DNA of 64,000 nt from Nemertoderma westbladi (GCA_032718475.1 JAUCBJ010003629.1:1-64000), one strand, 5' to 3'. Positions 12,118 through 25,652 are shown, numbered from the stretch's first letter. Made by a program: numbers and translations. The notes: generated by a model not told the origin, from the letters alone.

Positions 12118-13131
12118 ACTCTCGACGCAAATAAAATTCAACTTCTCCAGGGGAAATCGACGCAAATATCAGAAAAATAAAACTGTAACCTGAACTTAAC
12201 TGAACTGAAATTTAACCTGTTATATTGACTTAGTTCATTTTTTGGTTAGAATAACTTGCCACTGTAACCTGTTCCTTTCCCTAAATTGATAATTTATCAT
12301 TGAGATGAAGTATTAATTCGCCGCGAAGGGATGTGCGGTGCGTGCATCCCCCCCCCCCCCCCCCATGTATCCCTCCAGTCTAAATACTTTCCTCAATTCA
12401 AACCAGTATAGGCCTATTAATAGTTTCAATTAACAAGATAGAAAATAAAATCTTGCAAGAAGGATTATATTTTAAAAGATTTGTGATTTTTTAAGTAGAT
12501 AGATAGTTTTAGAATGGTTAATTTAATCGATAGTCCTTAATGTCAGTATAGTTTTGTAAGAACTTGATACGTTACATGTCTGATGGCAGATGTCTGAGAC
12601 ACAGGAGACAATATGTTGTAAACATCTTATTAATTTCCTCTTTTGTCAAGCAGAAATAAAAATAAAGTATTCTCAAAAAATCATATTATTAATACCCAAT
12701 TATTATCTATTATATCTATTAAATGTACTTTATAAAGTAATTCTAATATTCATCACCAGAATATAAATATTCATCCCTCTTCAGGGGAAATTGGACGCAA
12801 ATCACAGCGGTTTACGAGCAAAAATAAAACTGTAAACTGTTCTATTGTGTTTAGTTTATTGTTTTGGTCAAACTAACGTTCCACTGTAATCTGCCCCTTT
12901 CCATAAATTGAGAATTTAACATTGAGGCAGGATTTTAATTCGCCAAGGCGGGTTTTGCGTCCAGTCCCCCCCCCCCCCCCCCCCTGTCTCAATTATATAC
13001 CCTTTTTAATTGAATTAAATAAGTATACCTATATTTAATAACAAGTATTAATTACAAGTATTTTATATAACTTAATAACTAACTTATCTATAACATAGTA
13101 TAGTAGATACTGTTTGTAATAATATTCATAA

Positions 13132-13316
13132 ATGGATTTCAACCAAAGTATTGTGGGTGACGGTTACTCTATGGATGTCTGGAAGATTGCTCTAGTGTCT
13201 GCTCCAGGGGTCTTACTTATATTGACTATACTAATAGGAAACACATTGGTCTGTATAGCTGTTCATACAGATCGTAATCTTAAGGCTCCCCAGAACATGC
13301 TGTATATATCACTCGC
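13132..13316 (+). CDS. Aminergic class A GPCR (alpha2-adrenergic-like), coding exon 1: N-terminus, TM1, ICL1
   Basis: MDFNQS...LILTILIGNTLVCIAVHTDRNLKAPQNMLYISL: TM1 GN motif and the alpha2-type LKAPQN loop. Donor GTAAGT at 13317, phase 2. Confidence 0.9.
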
Positions 13317-14384
13317 GTAAGTTATTTATTAATAATAATCATAATAATAATACTGTTATTGATGAAAATTCCATAAATTGAAAGGAACATAATTCGATAT
13401 TCTAAGCAAAACATCCGTACTCAGCCTGCGTACTGATTTTTGAGCGGAAGAAAGTCAGGTAATTCCACCGTTTTTGACGAGTTTCGTATGACAAGATCGA
13501 TATTTTCCCACACACAATGTCTAACTGTAAACGTAAAGAAGCCTGTTAGTTTTCACCCAACATTGTTATAATATAAAACAACAGTTTGGTACTCCAAAAT
13601 GTATATTATTTTATATAAAAAACTTATTCTTAATAGCGTTCGTGCAGTTCAGTTGATTTAGTACTCATTTTTGGTATATTTGTGTTATTTTATTTGTTTA
13701 ATTTGTATTAGACATTTAGTCAATGAAACATTATCTATCTGATAGCCACACAAAGATAGGTGATTGATTACTTTATAATATACATATTGTTAAACTGTCA
13801 CATGCGGTACAGGAATAACAGCTGGAATCGTGAAATTCAATTCCGCGTCGCATAAAGGATCTAATCGGAAGCTTTCATCTCAGTTTTTGATCGATTTCTT
13901 TGTAAGGGAATTCAATTTGCACTTGTATCACAAAATGCGTCGTTATAACCTCAAACAGTATTTATAGCAAGGTCGTCTCGGATGGTGGTGATACATCGTT
14001 TGTCAAAATCGTAAAAGGAAATGTGGCAATTAAAAATCTGGTTCCATCCCAACCACCACCATGGCGCACAATAGAGCTCAAAGATTAATTAATATCAAAG
14101 ATAAATAATAAGTGGCTCAGTTATTATAATAGAACTTATTCATTTAACATTTTTCTGTTCGCCTTTGGGTCAAAATGTTGTATTATAGTTGTATGTTTCT
14201 ATCGCTACCATAGGTGATTGACCCCTTGTACCCCACCACTTACTCCCATCCCAATCCCAATAAGAAAAATATATTTTCAACTTTTCCTTCACCAATATAC
14301 TCATAATTTTCTCCATTAATATTTGGGGAAGTGGGAGATTAAGCTCTCAAATTAATGCGGGATCTATTTGTCTACTACCCACTT

Positions 14385-16381
14385 GGTCTATGGTTCCACG
14401 TCCTCCCCTGTTGGACTATGGGTCCATATGTCCTCCCCTGTTGGTTTATGGGTCCATATGTCCTCCACTACTGGTCTATGGGTCCATATGTCCTCCACTG
14501 TTTGTCTATGGGTCCATATGTCTTCCCCTGTTGGTCTATGGGTCCATATGTCCTCCCCTGTTGGTCCCTGGGCCCATATGTCCTCCCCTGTTGGTCTATG
14601 GGCCCATATGTCTTCCTCTGTTGGTCTATGGGTCCATATGTCTTCCCCTGTTGGTCTATGGGTCCATATGTCCTCCCCTGTTGGTCCCTGGGCCCATATG
14701 TCCTCCCCCCCTGTTGGTCTATGGGCCCATATGTCTTCCTCTGTTGGTCTATGGGTCCATATGTCTTCCCCTGTTGGTATATGGGTCTATATGTCCTCCC
14801 CTGTTGGTATATGGTTCCACATCCTCCCCTGTTGGTCTATGGGTCCATATGTCCTCCCCTGTTGGTTTATGGGTCCATATGTCCTCCACTACTGGTCTAT
14901 GGGTCCATATGTCCTCCACTGTTTGTCTATGGGTCCATATGTCTTCCCCTGTTGGTCTTGGGTCCATATGTCCTCCCCTGTTGGTCCCTGGGCCCATATG
15001 TCCTCCCCTGTTGGTCTATGGGCCCATATGTCTTCCTCTGTTGGTCTATGGGTCCATATGTCTTCCCCTGTTGGTCTATGGGTCCATATGTCCTCCCCTG
15101 TTGGTCCCTGGGCCCATATGTCCTCCCCCCCCTGTTGGTCTATGGGCCCATATGTCTTCCTCTGTTGGTCTATGGGCCCATATGTCTTCCCCTGTTGGTA
15201 TATGGGTCTATATGTCCTCCCCTGTTAGTATATGGTTCCACATCCTCCCCTGTTGGTCTATGGGTCCATATGTCCTCCCCTGTTGGTATTTGTCCATATG
15301 TCTTCCCCTGTTGGTCTATGGGTCCACTTCCTCCCCTGTTGGTTTATGGGTCCATATGTCCTCCACTGTTGGTCTATGGGCCCATATGTCCTCCCCTGTT
15401 GGTCTATTTGTCCATATGTCTTCCCCTGTTCGTCTATGGGATCATATGTCTTCCCCTGTTGGTCCATATGTCCTCCCCTGTTTGTCTATGGGTTCATATG
15501 TCCTCCCCTGTTGGTCTACGGGTCCATATGTCTTCCCCTGTTGGTTATGGGTCCATATGTCTTCCTCTGTTGGTTATGGGTTCATATGTATTCCTCTGTT
15601 GGTCTATGGGTCCAAATGTCCTCCCCTGTTGGTCTATGGGTCCATATGTCTTCCCCTGTTGGTCTATGGGATCATATGTCTTCCCCTGTTGGTCCATATG
15701 TCCTCCCCTGTTTGTCTATGGGTTCATATGTCCTCCCCTGTTGGTCTATGGGTCCATATGTCTTCCCCTGTTGGTCTATGGGTCCATATGTCTTCCCCTG
15801 TTGGTTATGGGTCCATATATCTTCCCCTGTTGTTCTATGGGTCAATATGTCCTCCCCTGTTGGTCTATGGGTCCAAATGTCCTCCAATGTTGGTCTATGG
15901 GTCCATATGTCTTCCCCTGTTGGTCTATGGGTCCATATATCTTCCCCTGTTGGTTATGGGTCCATATGTCCTCCCCTGTTGTTCTATGGGTCAATATGTC
16001 CTCCCCTGTTGGTCTATGGGTCCAAATGTCCTCCACTGTTGGTCTATGGGTCCATATGTCTTCCCATGTTGTTCTATGGGTCAATATGTCCCCCCCTGTG
16101 GGTATATGGGTCTATATGTCCTCCCCTGTTGGTCTATGGGTCCATATGTCCTCCCCTGTTGGTCTATGGGTCCATATGTCCACCCCTGTTGGTCTATTGG
16201 TTCATATGTCTTCCCCTGTTGTTCTATGGGTCAATATGTCCTCCCCTGTTGGTCTATTTGTCCATATGTCTTCCCCTGTTGGTCTATGGGTCCATATGTC
16301 TTCCCCTGTTGGTTATGGGTCCATATGTCTTCCCTTGTTGGTTATGGGTTCATATGTCCTCCCCTGTTGGTCTATGGGCCC
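14385..16381 (+). repeat. 30-bp minisatellite, ~65 degenerate copies
   Basis: Unit atgggtccatatgtcctcccctgttggtct. One further copy resumes at 19904 after the LINE. Confidence 0.95.
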
Positions 16382-19300
16382 ATCTTAATCCTCGAAGATC
16401 TAAAATCTGCTGCCAGTAATCTCATGACTGAAAATACGACTACTAAGGGTGATGCAACAAGTAATGAAGCCTGGCCATGGTAAAACGTATCATATTCCCG
16501 CAGCAAAAACCCAAACAAAACAACCAACCTCGCTATACTAACACGGCAACTAAAAGACGAAGAATCTGAACAAAATAAACGCAGATCAAACATCGTTATA
16601 TCCGGTTCCAGACCGCAAGATAATGACAAAGATCTTATTATCGACATCGCCTCTACTGTTAATGTCACACTAGAAGAGAACGATATAACCTCTAAACGTG
16701 TGGGGAAACTACGAGAAAACAGCTCGCAACCCGTAGCAACCCCCAGCAAAAACGGGCTAAACTACTTCAGAAAGCTCGTGACTTACGTAAATCACAAAGA
16801 TATAACCACATATCGTTAGATCTCACAACAGAAGAAAGCCGTCTGCAATATGACTTACGACAGGAAAGGCGTGCGATGCAATCTAGTAACCCAGATATAC
16901 GCTGGGTCATATACCGAAACGAAGTAGTTGACTCGGCCTCTATTAACAATCTAGGAAAAACCATGAACACAGCTGGGCTAACCAACAATCAATCTTTACA
17001 TAGACAACGAACATTCTATTACGATTTAGTATCTCCTGTAATATATCCCCAACTACAACAAATCCATCTCAATCACAGGTAATAAATATAGAATGACTAT
17101 ATATTCCAATAACCAGACACACAGCACCCAGCGGGTCTGTGGTCTCTGCATCCAGACCCATGGCATCCAGCGGGTCTCCGGTCCCTGCGTGCAGACCTGA
17201 GGCACCCAGCGGGTCTCTGGTCCCTGCATCCAGACCCACGGCACCCAGCGGGTCTCGGGTCCCTGCATCCAGACCCATGGCACCCAGCAGGTCTCCGGTT
17301 CCTGCATCCAGACCAACATCACCCAGCGGGTCTCCAGTCCCTGCGTCCAGACCCATGGCACCCAGCGGGTCACCAGTCCCTGCGTCCCCACCGACGGCAC
17401 CCAGCGGGTCTGCGATCCCTGCATCCAGACCCATGGCACCCAGCAGGTCTCCGGTTCCTGCATCCAGACCAACATCACCCAGCGGGTCTCCGGTCCCTGC
17501 ATCCAGACCCAAGGCACCCAACGTGTCTCCGATCCCTGCGTCCAGACCCAAGGCACCCAGCGGGTCTGCGATCCCTGCATCCAGACCCACAGCACCCAGC
17601 GGGTCTCCAGTCCCTGCATCCAGACGCACGGCACCCGGTGTGTCTCCGATACTGCATGTACACCAGCAGAACAAGTGTACCTTTTTTTCCGAATTCTTCC
17701 TCTCAGTTTACAAAAAGCCAGCAATAAAAACAGCAGCAATTACTCCTCCAACATTATCCCCCACTGAGGATCCCTACCACGATAATTTTATTGACGACTA
17801 CGATGTGTCTGTATCCACTGTACAACTACTCCTAACATCACTAAATGTTACCAAAGCCAGAGGCCCCGATAACTTACCACCACGTTTCCTCCAACAATTA
17901 AGCGTACAACTAGCAACATCTTTAGCTACATTATTTTTGGTGTTTAAAGACAACTGTTACTTTCCATGAGAATGGAAACATGCATCAATATCACCACGAC
18001 ATAAGAAGGGCAATAGAACTCCAGTACCGCTTTACCGTCCAATATCTTTACTTGCCATTCCCTCGAAAATTCTAGAACGATGTATCTACATGCCAATTTA
18101 CAGCCATCTTCGTTCACTTTATCATCGTGCCCAGTACGGTTTTTGAAACGGCTGCCTGTTCTTCAACTGCCTGTAGTTTTATATAAAATATATCACGCTA
18201 TAGAAAATAATGATTCAACAGTAGAAATAAATGTATTTCAACAGTAGAAATAATTAATCTAGACTTTCAAAAGTCTTTTGATTCTATATCTCATAGTTCG
18301 GTGCTACTAAAGTTATGGAAATTAGGAATTCGGGGAAAACTATGGGAAATGATATGTAGCTATCTATCACATAGAACTCAATCAGTGGAAGTTGGGGTGC
18401 AGTGTCAAAAACTAAATATGTTGACAGCGGGACTCCGCAAGGAAGTATTCTAGCAACTTTGTTTTTCCTAGTAGAATCGAATGACCTACCGTACATTTGC
18501 ATACAAACAGACCCTTATCTAATCGCTGACGATTGCAAACTTGTTTCCATATATCCAACAACCAATCTCCCACAAATACAAGACGATTTAAATAAATTAG
18601 CAGTCTGGGGTCAAAGTAACGGTCTTGAATTTAAAATCAGTAAATGTTAACATCTTATCTTTCAAGGGCAGTCAAACGTAAAATTTATAAATAGCCACCC
18701 GATAGAACGAACCACCTCAGAAAAAGATCTGGGAGTCACCTCATCGAATTTTACCTGGACCGCTCACGTAACTGAAAAATGCAGTAAAGGAAACATGGCC
18801 ATCCAAAATGTGGAAGTGGATCAAATCTTACCGCTCATATCAAAATTAAATATGTACAAATCTATGATTCTACCGATAATACCCTATGCATCACCATGTT
18901 GGTCTCCAAATAAACACGACCTATCACGTATAGAGAGTCTACAACGACGTGCCACTATCTGGATACTACGAGATAATGAATCGACCTACACAGATCGGCT
19001 CAAATCACTTAACATACTCCCCCTTTCTCTCTACTTACAACTCCTAGATTTGATGACGCTGTCGAAGATTATCGCTGGAAAATGCGATATCAACTGGGAA
19101 GAACACCTCAAACTAAGCAGACCATCAAACCAAAATACTCGTTCAAATGATCGGATTTTATTTAATGTTTCACAGCCGAAAAAATGCAAGTCAGAACAAA
19201 ACTTTTGGTTCCGAGTACCTTACATTGCAACATTGCGAATCAATTTCACAAACCATGTAGGGCTTAAATCTCGTCTGATCGATTAATTTTGGAGGTTCTT

Positions 19301-19903
19301 CATTAAACACTACTCAATTGATATTCCCTGTAGCTGGTCGGTGTGCTGCAGCTGCGTCTTGATGAACTGTAGAAATAATAACTCTCGTCTCGATGATTTA
19401 TACCCATAGATAACGACTTATATTCTATAATGCTTTATTAATTAATACAAATTTTATTTCACTTCACATCCACTCCACGTATTTACTGCATCTCATTGTA
19501 AATCTTATACGCATATATTTTATCTCATTTTTACGACATCAAGTCCGACCCTTTTATTAATACGTATATATATATTTCATCTTATTTTAATACACATATT
19601 TTTATCTCATTTCATATGAGATCCAGTCTTCTGACCCTTTTAACTTCTTCCTTTAATCTCATAATTAGCACGGCCTTTTTGAGACCAATTACATACAGTA
19701 ATAATTTTAATTCGGTGTATTTTAATGTACCTTAATTAATTATTAACTCATATTTTAAACTAAGTAATGTATGAAATGTATGTAATGTATCTTTTATGGG
19801 GGAAACCCCATCACCATATAATAATATAGTTAAATTGTCTATGCTATCTTTGTTCAGTTCTAAGTTATGGTGTAAATTTATAAATTAATAATAATAATAT
19901 AAT
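16382..19903 (+). mobile_element. Degenerate CR1/L2-type non-LTR retrotransposon (ORF1 C-terminus + RT, endonuclease missing)
   Basis: ORF1-like KRRSNIVISG. RT motifs KARGPDNLP, YRPISLL, DFQKSFD, SGTPQGSIL, IADDCKL and ..SLQRRATIWI, with stops and frameshifts. Ends in a (TAA)n-like tail at ~19886-19903. Confidence 0.85.
17123..17660. repeat. 39-bp GC-rich minisatellite (~13 copies) inside the LINE
   Basis: Unit ggcacccagcgggtctccggtccctgcatccagacccat. Confidence 0.9.
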
Positions 19904-20129
19904 ATGGTTCCACGTCCGCCCCTGTTGGTTTATGGGTCCATATTTCAGGTCCATATAATATTCAGTACAACAAATAGACTCAATGGTTACTTCCCATTCA
20001 AGGATAGACTTCCATTAAGTCTCACAGCTCTCGCCTTAAATAATTTAAATAATTATGCATTTTCTATTCTAATATTTTGCAGTCTTGTACAATAATTAAT
20101 GTTTTTATATTTAGTATTTACTGCCTTCC

Positions 20130-20172
20130 TTCTTCGCTGAAGATGATTTATTGATTAAATCGAAACGTTCAA
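20130..20172 (+). ncRNA. Minimal hammerhead ribozyme-like motif of the Penelope pseudo-LTR (possibly decayed)
   Basis: CTGAAGA-T-GATTTA(ttgat)TAAATC-GAAAC-GTT: both core boxes, a perfect 6-bp stem II and palindromic AACGTT. Stem I is weak. Confidence 0.6.
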
Positions 20173-20342
20173 ATATAATTATAAATGGTTTTTTTTCCAA
20201 TTTGCACTAATACTATGCATTATTATTCATTGTGAAACTAAGATGACCGTCTGGGACTTTAATTACTTCAATATAGTCAATTAGCATTGTAAAAATAAAC
20301 AAGAACCACGGGGTAACCACAGGTAATCATTAAAGTGATATA

Positions 20343-20846
20343 TACTACTACCACTGCTACTACCACTGCTACTACTACTACTACTGCTACTACTACTACT
20401 GCTACTACTACTACTACTGCTACTACTACTACTGCTACTACTACTGCTACTACTACTGTGCTACTACTACTACTACTACCACTGCTACTACCACTGCTAC
20501 TACTACCACTGCTACTACTACTACTGCTACTACTACAGTACTACTGCTACTACTACTGTGCTACTACTACTACTACTACTACTGCTACTACTACTGCTAC
20601 TACTACTGCTACTACTACTACTACTGCTACTACTACTGCTACTACTACAGTACTACTGCTACTACTACTGTGCTACTACTACTACTACTACCACTGCTAC
20701 TACCACTGCTACTACTACTGCTACTACTACTGTGCTACTACTACTACTACTACTACTGCTACTACTACTGCTACTACTACTGCTACTACTACTACTACTG
20801 CTACTACTACTGCTACTACTACAGTACTACTGCTACTACTACTGTG

Positions 20847-20884
<38 letters not shown>

Positions 20885-21141
20885 GCTACTACTACTGCTA
20901 CTACTACTGCTACTACTACTACTACTGCTACTACTACTGCTACTACTACAGTACTACTGCTACTACTACTGTGCTACTACTACTACTACTACCACTGCTA
21001 CTACTACTACTACTGCTACTACCACTGCTACTGCTACTACTGCTACTACTACTGTGCTACTACTACTGCTACTACTACTACTACTACTACTACTGCTACT
21101 ACTACTGCTACTACTACAGTACTACTGCTACTACTACTGTG

Positions 21142-21176
<35 letters not shown>

Positions 21177-21618
21177 GCTACTACTACTGCTACTACTACT
21201 GCTACTACTACTACTACTGCTACTACTACTGCTACTACTACAGTACTACTGCTACTACTACTGTGCTACTACTACTACTACTACCACTGCTACTACTACT
21301 ACTACTGCTACTACCACTGCTACTGCTACTACTACTACTACTACTACTGCTACTACTACTACTGCTACTACTACTGCTACTACTACTGCTACTACTACTA
21401 CTGCTACTACTACTACTACTGCTACTACTACTACTGCTACTACTACTACTACTACTACTGCTACTACTACTACTACTACCACTGCTACTACTACTACTAC
21501 TGCTACTACCACTGCTACTGCTACTACTACTACTACTACTACTGCTACTACTACTACTGCTACTACTACTGCTACTACTACTGCTACTACTACTACTGCT
21601 ACTACTACTACTACTACT
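20343..21618. repeat. Interrupted (CTA)n microsatellite, ~1.3 kb
   Basis: CTA runs with CTG/CCA/GTG interruptions arranged in higher-order blocks. Confidence 0.97.
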
Positions 21619-22184
21619 GTATTGATTTTACAGAATTAAGTAACTCGAAATAAACAAAGAGTCCAGGGAATAATGATCTTCCATCGCCTTCGTTTCAGGG
21701 ATCATGTGGCTCAAATTTCGTCTAAAACGAGATATAGGCTACCTGCTGTCATAGGCATGGTGCTTACGGCGACTCTAATGCCACATTCCAATTGCACTGT
21801 GTGTAGGCCTACACATACAGCCGGTCAGGCCATAATTGAACATAATTAGTGCGATTTGAAAGAAGTTAATTCAAATTTAAATCCGGAACATTTGATATAA
21901 TTCAATACACATCATGAGCCAAAACGAATAGGTACAAATTAATTATATAATTATATCAAATAACCTAAGTCAATGTGAAATAATAAATGTAAACAAATTT
22001 TCCAATTATTAAGGGATAGATTATTACGTAATAATGGAAAGAATAAAAAAAGATAAAAAGAAAGAAATGCTATTTATGTACGTAATTAATAATAATTACG
22101 TTATACTGTACGACTTTGGCAGACAGCTAATTTTACTAAGTATATTACTTACAATAATGCTGAAAAATTAAGGTGCCTGTAGCA

Positions 22185-23372
22185 AAGTAAAAGGCAGTGG
22201 AGTGTGTAGAGTAGGCCTACAGTAGAGTGTATTGAGTAGGCCTACAGTAGAATGTGTAGAGTAGGCCTACAGTAGAATGTGTAGAGTAGGCCTACAGTAA
22301 AATGTGTAGAGTATGACTACAGTAGAATGTGTACAGTAGACATACAGTAGAATGTGTAGGGTTGGCCTACAGTAGAATGTGTGAGTAGGCCTACAGTAAA
22401 ATGTGTAGAGTAGGCCTACAGTAGAATGTGTAGAGTAGGCCTACAGTAGAATGTGTAGAGTAGGCCTACAGTAGAATGTGTAGAGTAGGCCTACAGTAGA
22501 ATGTGTAGAGTAGGCCTACAGTAGAATGTGTAGAGTAGGCCTACAGTAGAATGTGTAGAGTAGGCCTACAGTAGAATGTGTAGAGTAGGCCTACAGTAGA
22601 ATGTGTAGAGTAGGCCTACAGTAGAATGTGTAGAGTAGGCCTACAGAAGAATGTGTAGAGTAGGCCTACAGTAGAATGTGTAGAGTAGGCCTACAGTAGA
22701 ATGTGTAGAGTAGGCCTACAGTAGAATGTGTAGAGTAGGCCCACAGTTGATCGGCATGCTGCATTGCTGCTGCATTTTTAAGAATGCTGTGCCGGCTTGT
22801 CGATAAAATTAAAGTAAAAGGCAGTGGAGTGTGTAGAGTAGGCCTACAGTAGAGTGTATTGAGTAGGCCTACAGTAGAATGTGTAGAGTAGGCCTACAGT
22901 AGAATGTGTAGAGTAGGCCTACAGTAAAATGTGTAGAGTATGACTTCAGTAGAATGTGTACAGTAGACATACAGTATAATGTGTAGGGTAGGCCTACAGT
23001 AGAATGTGTGAGTAGGCCTACAGTAGAATGTGTAGAGTAGGCCTACAGTAGAATGTGTAGAGTAGGCCTACAGTAGAATGTGTAGAGTAGGCCTACAGTA
23101 GAATGTGTAGAGTAGGCCTACAGTAGAATGTGTAGAGTAGGCCTACAGTAGAATGTGTAGAGTAGGCCTACAGTAGAATGTGTAGAGTAGGCCTACAGTA
23201 GAATGTGTAGAGTAGGCCTACAGTAGAATGTGTAGAGTAGGCCTACAGTAGAATGTGTAGAGTAGGCCTACAGAAGAATGTGTAGAGTAGGACTACAGTA
23301 GAATGTGTAGAGTAGGCCTACAGTAGAATGTGTAGAGTAGGCCTACAGTAGAATGTGTAGAGTAGGCCCACA
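22185..23372. repeat. 25-bp minisatellite in two duplicated ~630-bp blocks
   Basis: Unit agagtaggcctacagtagaatgtgt. Both blocks begin aaagtaaaaggcagtggag and end ...ggcccacagttgatcggcatgc. Confidence 0.92.
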
Positions 23373-23375
23373 GTT

Positions 23376-23700
23376 GATCGGCATGCTGCATTGCTGCTGC
23401 ATTTTTAAGAATGCTGTGCCGGCTTGTCGACAAAATTGCGCCGCCACAACTCCCTATCACACATGACATTTCAACTCTGAGTGCACTTCACTGCGACCTG
23501 CACCTGGCAGCAGGGGTACAGGGCATGACCCAGCAGATGAGCTGCAGAGCCAATGTTGGGTCATGTGCGCCAGAGTAGATATGGGTGATGGGCCTCATAT
23601 CTGACTCCACTGCGACACCCACCCTGTGGAATGGCAAACCAGGGTGTGGTATTTGCCCCGAGAGCTGACTCGGCAAAAAAGCACCCCCCAACCCCAGGCC
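23376..23700 (-). mobile_element. Short RTE-derived fragment
   Basis: 23376-23470 is nearly identical to the 3' end of the RTE at 38198-38292. A partial copy is at 22749-22805. Confidence 0.6.
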
Positions 23701-23754
23701 TACAGTAGAATGTGTACACCCAGTACAGTAGAAACGAAAATTAATATTCAACCA

Positions 23755-24400
23755 AAATGAAGCCACACATCATTAACCAAACATACGTACTCGACCAAGT
23801 ACAAAAAGATTTTAGTTCTCTACCAAATTTACGATCGGGGTTGGCATTAAAATCACCAACTATACAACATTGCGAGCCAGAAAAATCAGAGAAAATACTA
23901 TAACATTTCCATAAAATAGTCAACGTTGTCTGTTGAGTCACAAGGCATATATATATTTATCAACAATATCGGTTGAGTATCATTAACTATTGTTACTCCC
24001 ATTAACCTCACTGTTGAATTTTTTATTTGTAATTAAAGAGGTTAAAGTCTCCCTCCAAAGAATGGCTAGTCCACCATGAGGTCAACCACAGCGTGGACCG
24101 TCCTCTAGATCGACAGCTGCCACCCCATCACCTAAAAATCATGGTGAATTTTATTAAGATTAAAAATATCCTGTTTGTACATCCAAGTTTCTTGCAAAAA
24201 AATTATATCATAATTACTGCACAATTCCAATCACGTATAGGTTGTTTCTAATACCCTGGCAGTTATAAGAACAAATTCTCAGTTTATCATATTGGGCCAT
24301 TGTTAATACAGTTTTCCTCACTTGCGCCCACCACTCCCACCAATATAACCATAACGTTTAACAATAGTCCCCTCAGGCCAGGCGTCAGGCTGGCTTCGAT
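23755..24400 (-). pseudogene. LINE fragment: ORF1 end plus APE endonuclease start
   Basis: Minus strand reads WPEGTIVKRY, then LRICSYNCQG, HGGLAILWR, IYMPCD and CIVGDFNA, with frameshifts. Confidence 0.75.
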
Positions 24401-24461
24401 AGCTTAGCCACCTCACCATCGCACTTTTGTCTTTGTCTCTTGTGATTTGTCTCTTGTAAAA

Positions 24462-24525
24462 CGTAGTCGGTAAAGCGTAAGACCTAAGATGCGAAAGTAC
24501 TGGTTTCGATCCCGTATCTGGTCTT
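24462..24525 (+). other. Degenerate tRNA-derived (SINE-head-like) sequence
   Basis: A-box-like TAGTCGGTAAAGCG and B-box-like GGTTTCGATCCC at tRNA-like spacing. No convincing cloverleaf. Confidence 0.4.
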
Positions 24526-24754
24526 TCTATTGTTAAAGTTTACGCAGATTCGTTTACATCTAGGGTGCTAGCATTTCTAGTATAAAGTTAAAATTGGACC
24601 AAAATTGTTCTAAAGCTATACAAGATATTTTAACATTCATATTCCTTATAAAATATGTTTATCACTGATTATTCTTAAAGCTATAGAAATAAAAATTATA
24701 TTTATAATTTTTCAAATTTTTTTTAATTATAAACGTTTTATTTCCTCTTTACAG

Positions 24755-24919
24755 TTGTGCTGATCTACTAGTTGGAACGATAATTATACCCTTTAGCTTA
24801 GCCAATGATATCATGAAGTTATGGGCCTTTGGCGATATTTGGTGCGAGTTGTGGCTGGCGTTGGACGTGCTTTTATGTACGTCATCGATTCTTAATATAT
24901 GTATGATTGGGTTAGACAG
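24755..24919 (+). CDS. Aminergic GPCR coding exon 2 (TM2-TM3 up to the DR of DRY)
   Basis: Polypyrimidine tract + CAG acceptor, in phase with exon 1: (A)[54 protein letters not shown](R). Contains the amine-binding Asp3.32. Donor GTTAGT at 24920. Confidence 0.92.
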
Positions 24920-25559
24920 GTTAGTGCAAACTAATATACCGCATCTACCGATATTAAATAATGAATTAATAGAGGAAAAAATTGAAAAAATGTACATGGT
25001 TCCCATCCTTACCTTGATGATATCAGTATAAGTAATTGAGATTGATGGGTAAACGATGTAGACATAATTATATATGAGACAGGGAATATCTTGCATCAAT
25101 TCGAGGCACCCACCACCTGGCATACATTGTCTAGTCAGTAAACATGATATATTAATTTATTGGAATTGAAGGAACATCTAATAAAAGTGTAAAATAATGA
25201 ACCAATTCACTGTTTATTTCATGGAAATAAAATTGCACTTTATTTCCTATCCGCCCATGAGATATATAACTTGGCCAAAAGATTAAATCCTTCTAAACCT
25301 TACATACACGTATGTTTGAGCGGGAAGGTTAAAACTAATGGATATTTTCTCGGAATTACTTTTTTCGCTATTTCAGTTTCTTAAAATATTAAATCGTCAC
25401 CGCGTTTCCCGCCATACTACTTTCATCACCCGTCTCGCTTTTCCCGCAAATTCTATAATTTATGGGTCTTTTGAAAAGCATTATCATGAAAGAATCTGCA
25501 TCATCAGGTCCAACACCTGCCCCATGCCAAATTTGGCGCTGCACCAGTATAGGCCATGC

Positions 25560-25652
25560 CTACGACGTTAAATTATGAGACAGTAGGTCATGCGACGTTA
25601 AATTCTGAGACAGTAGGTCCTGCGACGTTAAATTCTGAGACAGTAGGTCCTG
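25560..25652 (+). repeat. 30-bp minisatellite, left part (split by element B)
   Basis: Unit cgacgttaaattctgagacagtaggtcctg; continues at 36899. Confidence 0.9.

Larger units (their letters stand above)
14300..20200 (+). mobile_element. Penelope-like element 3' fragment, interrupted by a 30-bp minisatellite and a CR1-like LINE
   Basis: YLGK..KLMRDLFVYYP (~14320-14380) joins QVHIIFSTTNRLNGYFPFKDRLPLSL (19946-20023), resembling the PLE linker before GIY-YIG. A CTGAAGA...GAAAC core follows at 20137. Confidence 0.6.

Noticed and set aside
11790-12990. Repeated ~200-bp blocks with poly-C/poly-G runs upstream of the GPCR as promoter elements
   Set aside because: They look like degenerate dispersed-repeat fragments, and no regulatory function can be supported from sequence.
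14355-16483. Long Pro/Cys-rich ORFs
   Set aside because: Translations of a 30-bp minisatellite, open in all frames.
17053-17969. Pro/Ser/Ala-rich repeat protein
   Set aside because: A 39-bp minisatellite running into a LINE RT fragment.
20335-21653. Poly-Thr (mucin-like), poly-Leu and poly-Tyr ORFs
   Set aside because: (CTA)n microsatellite.
24462-24525. Functional tRNA gene
   Set aside because: Acceptor and anticodon stems do not pair; only box-like motifs remain.
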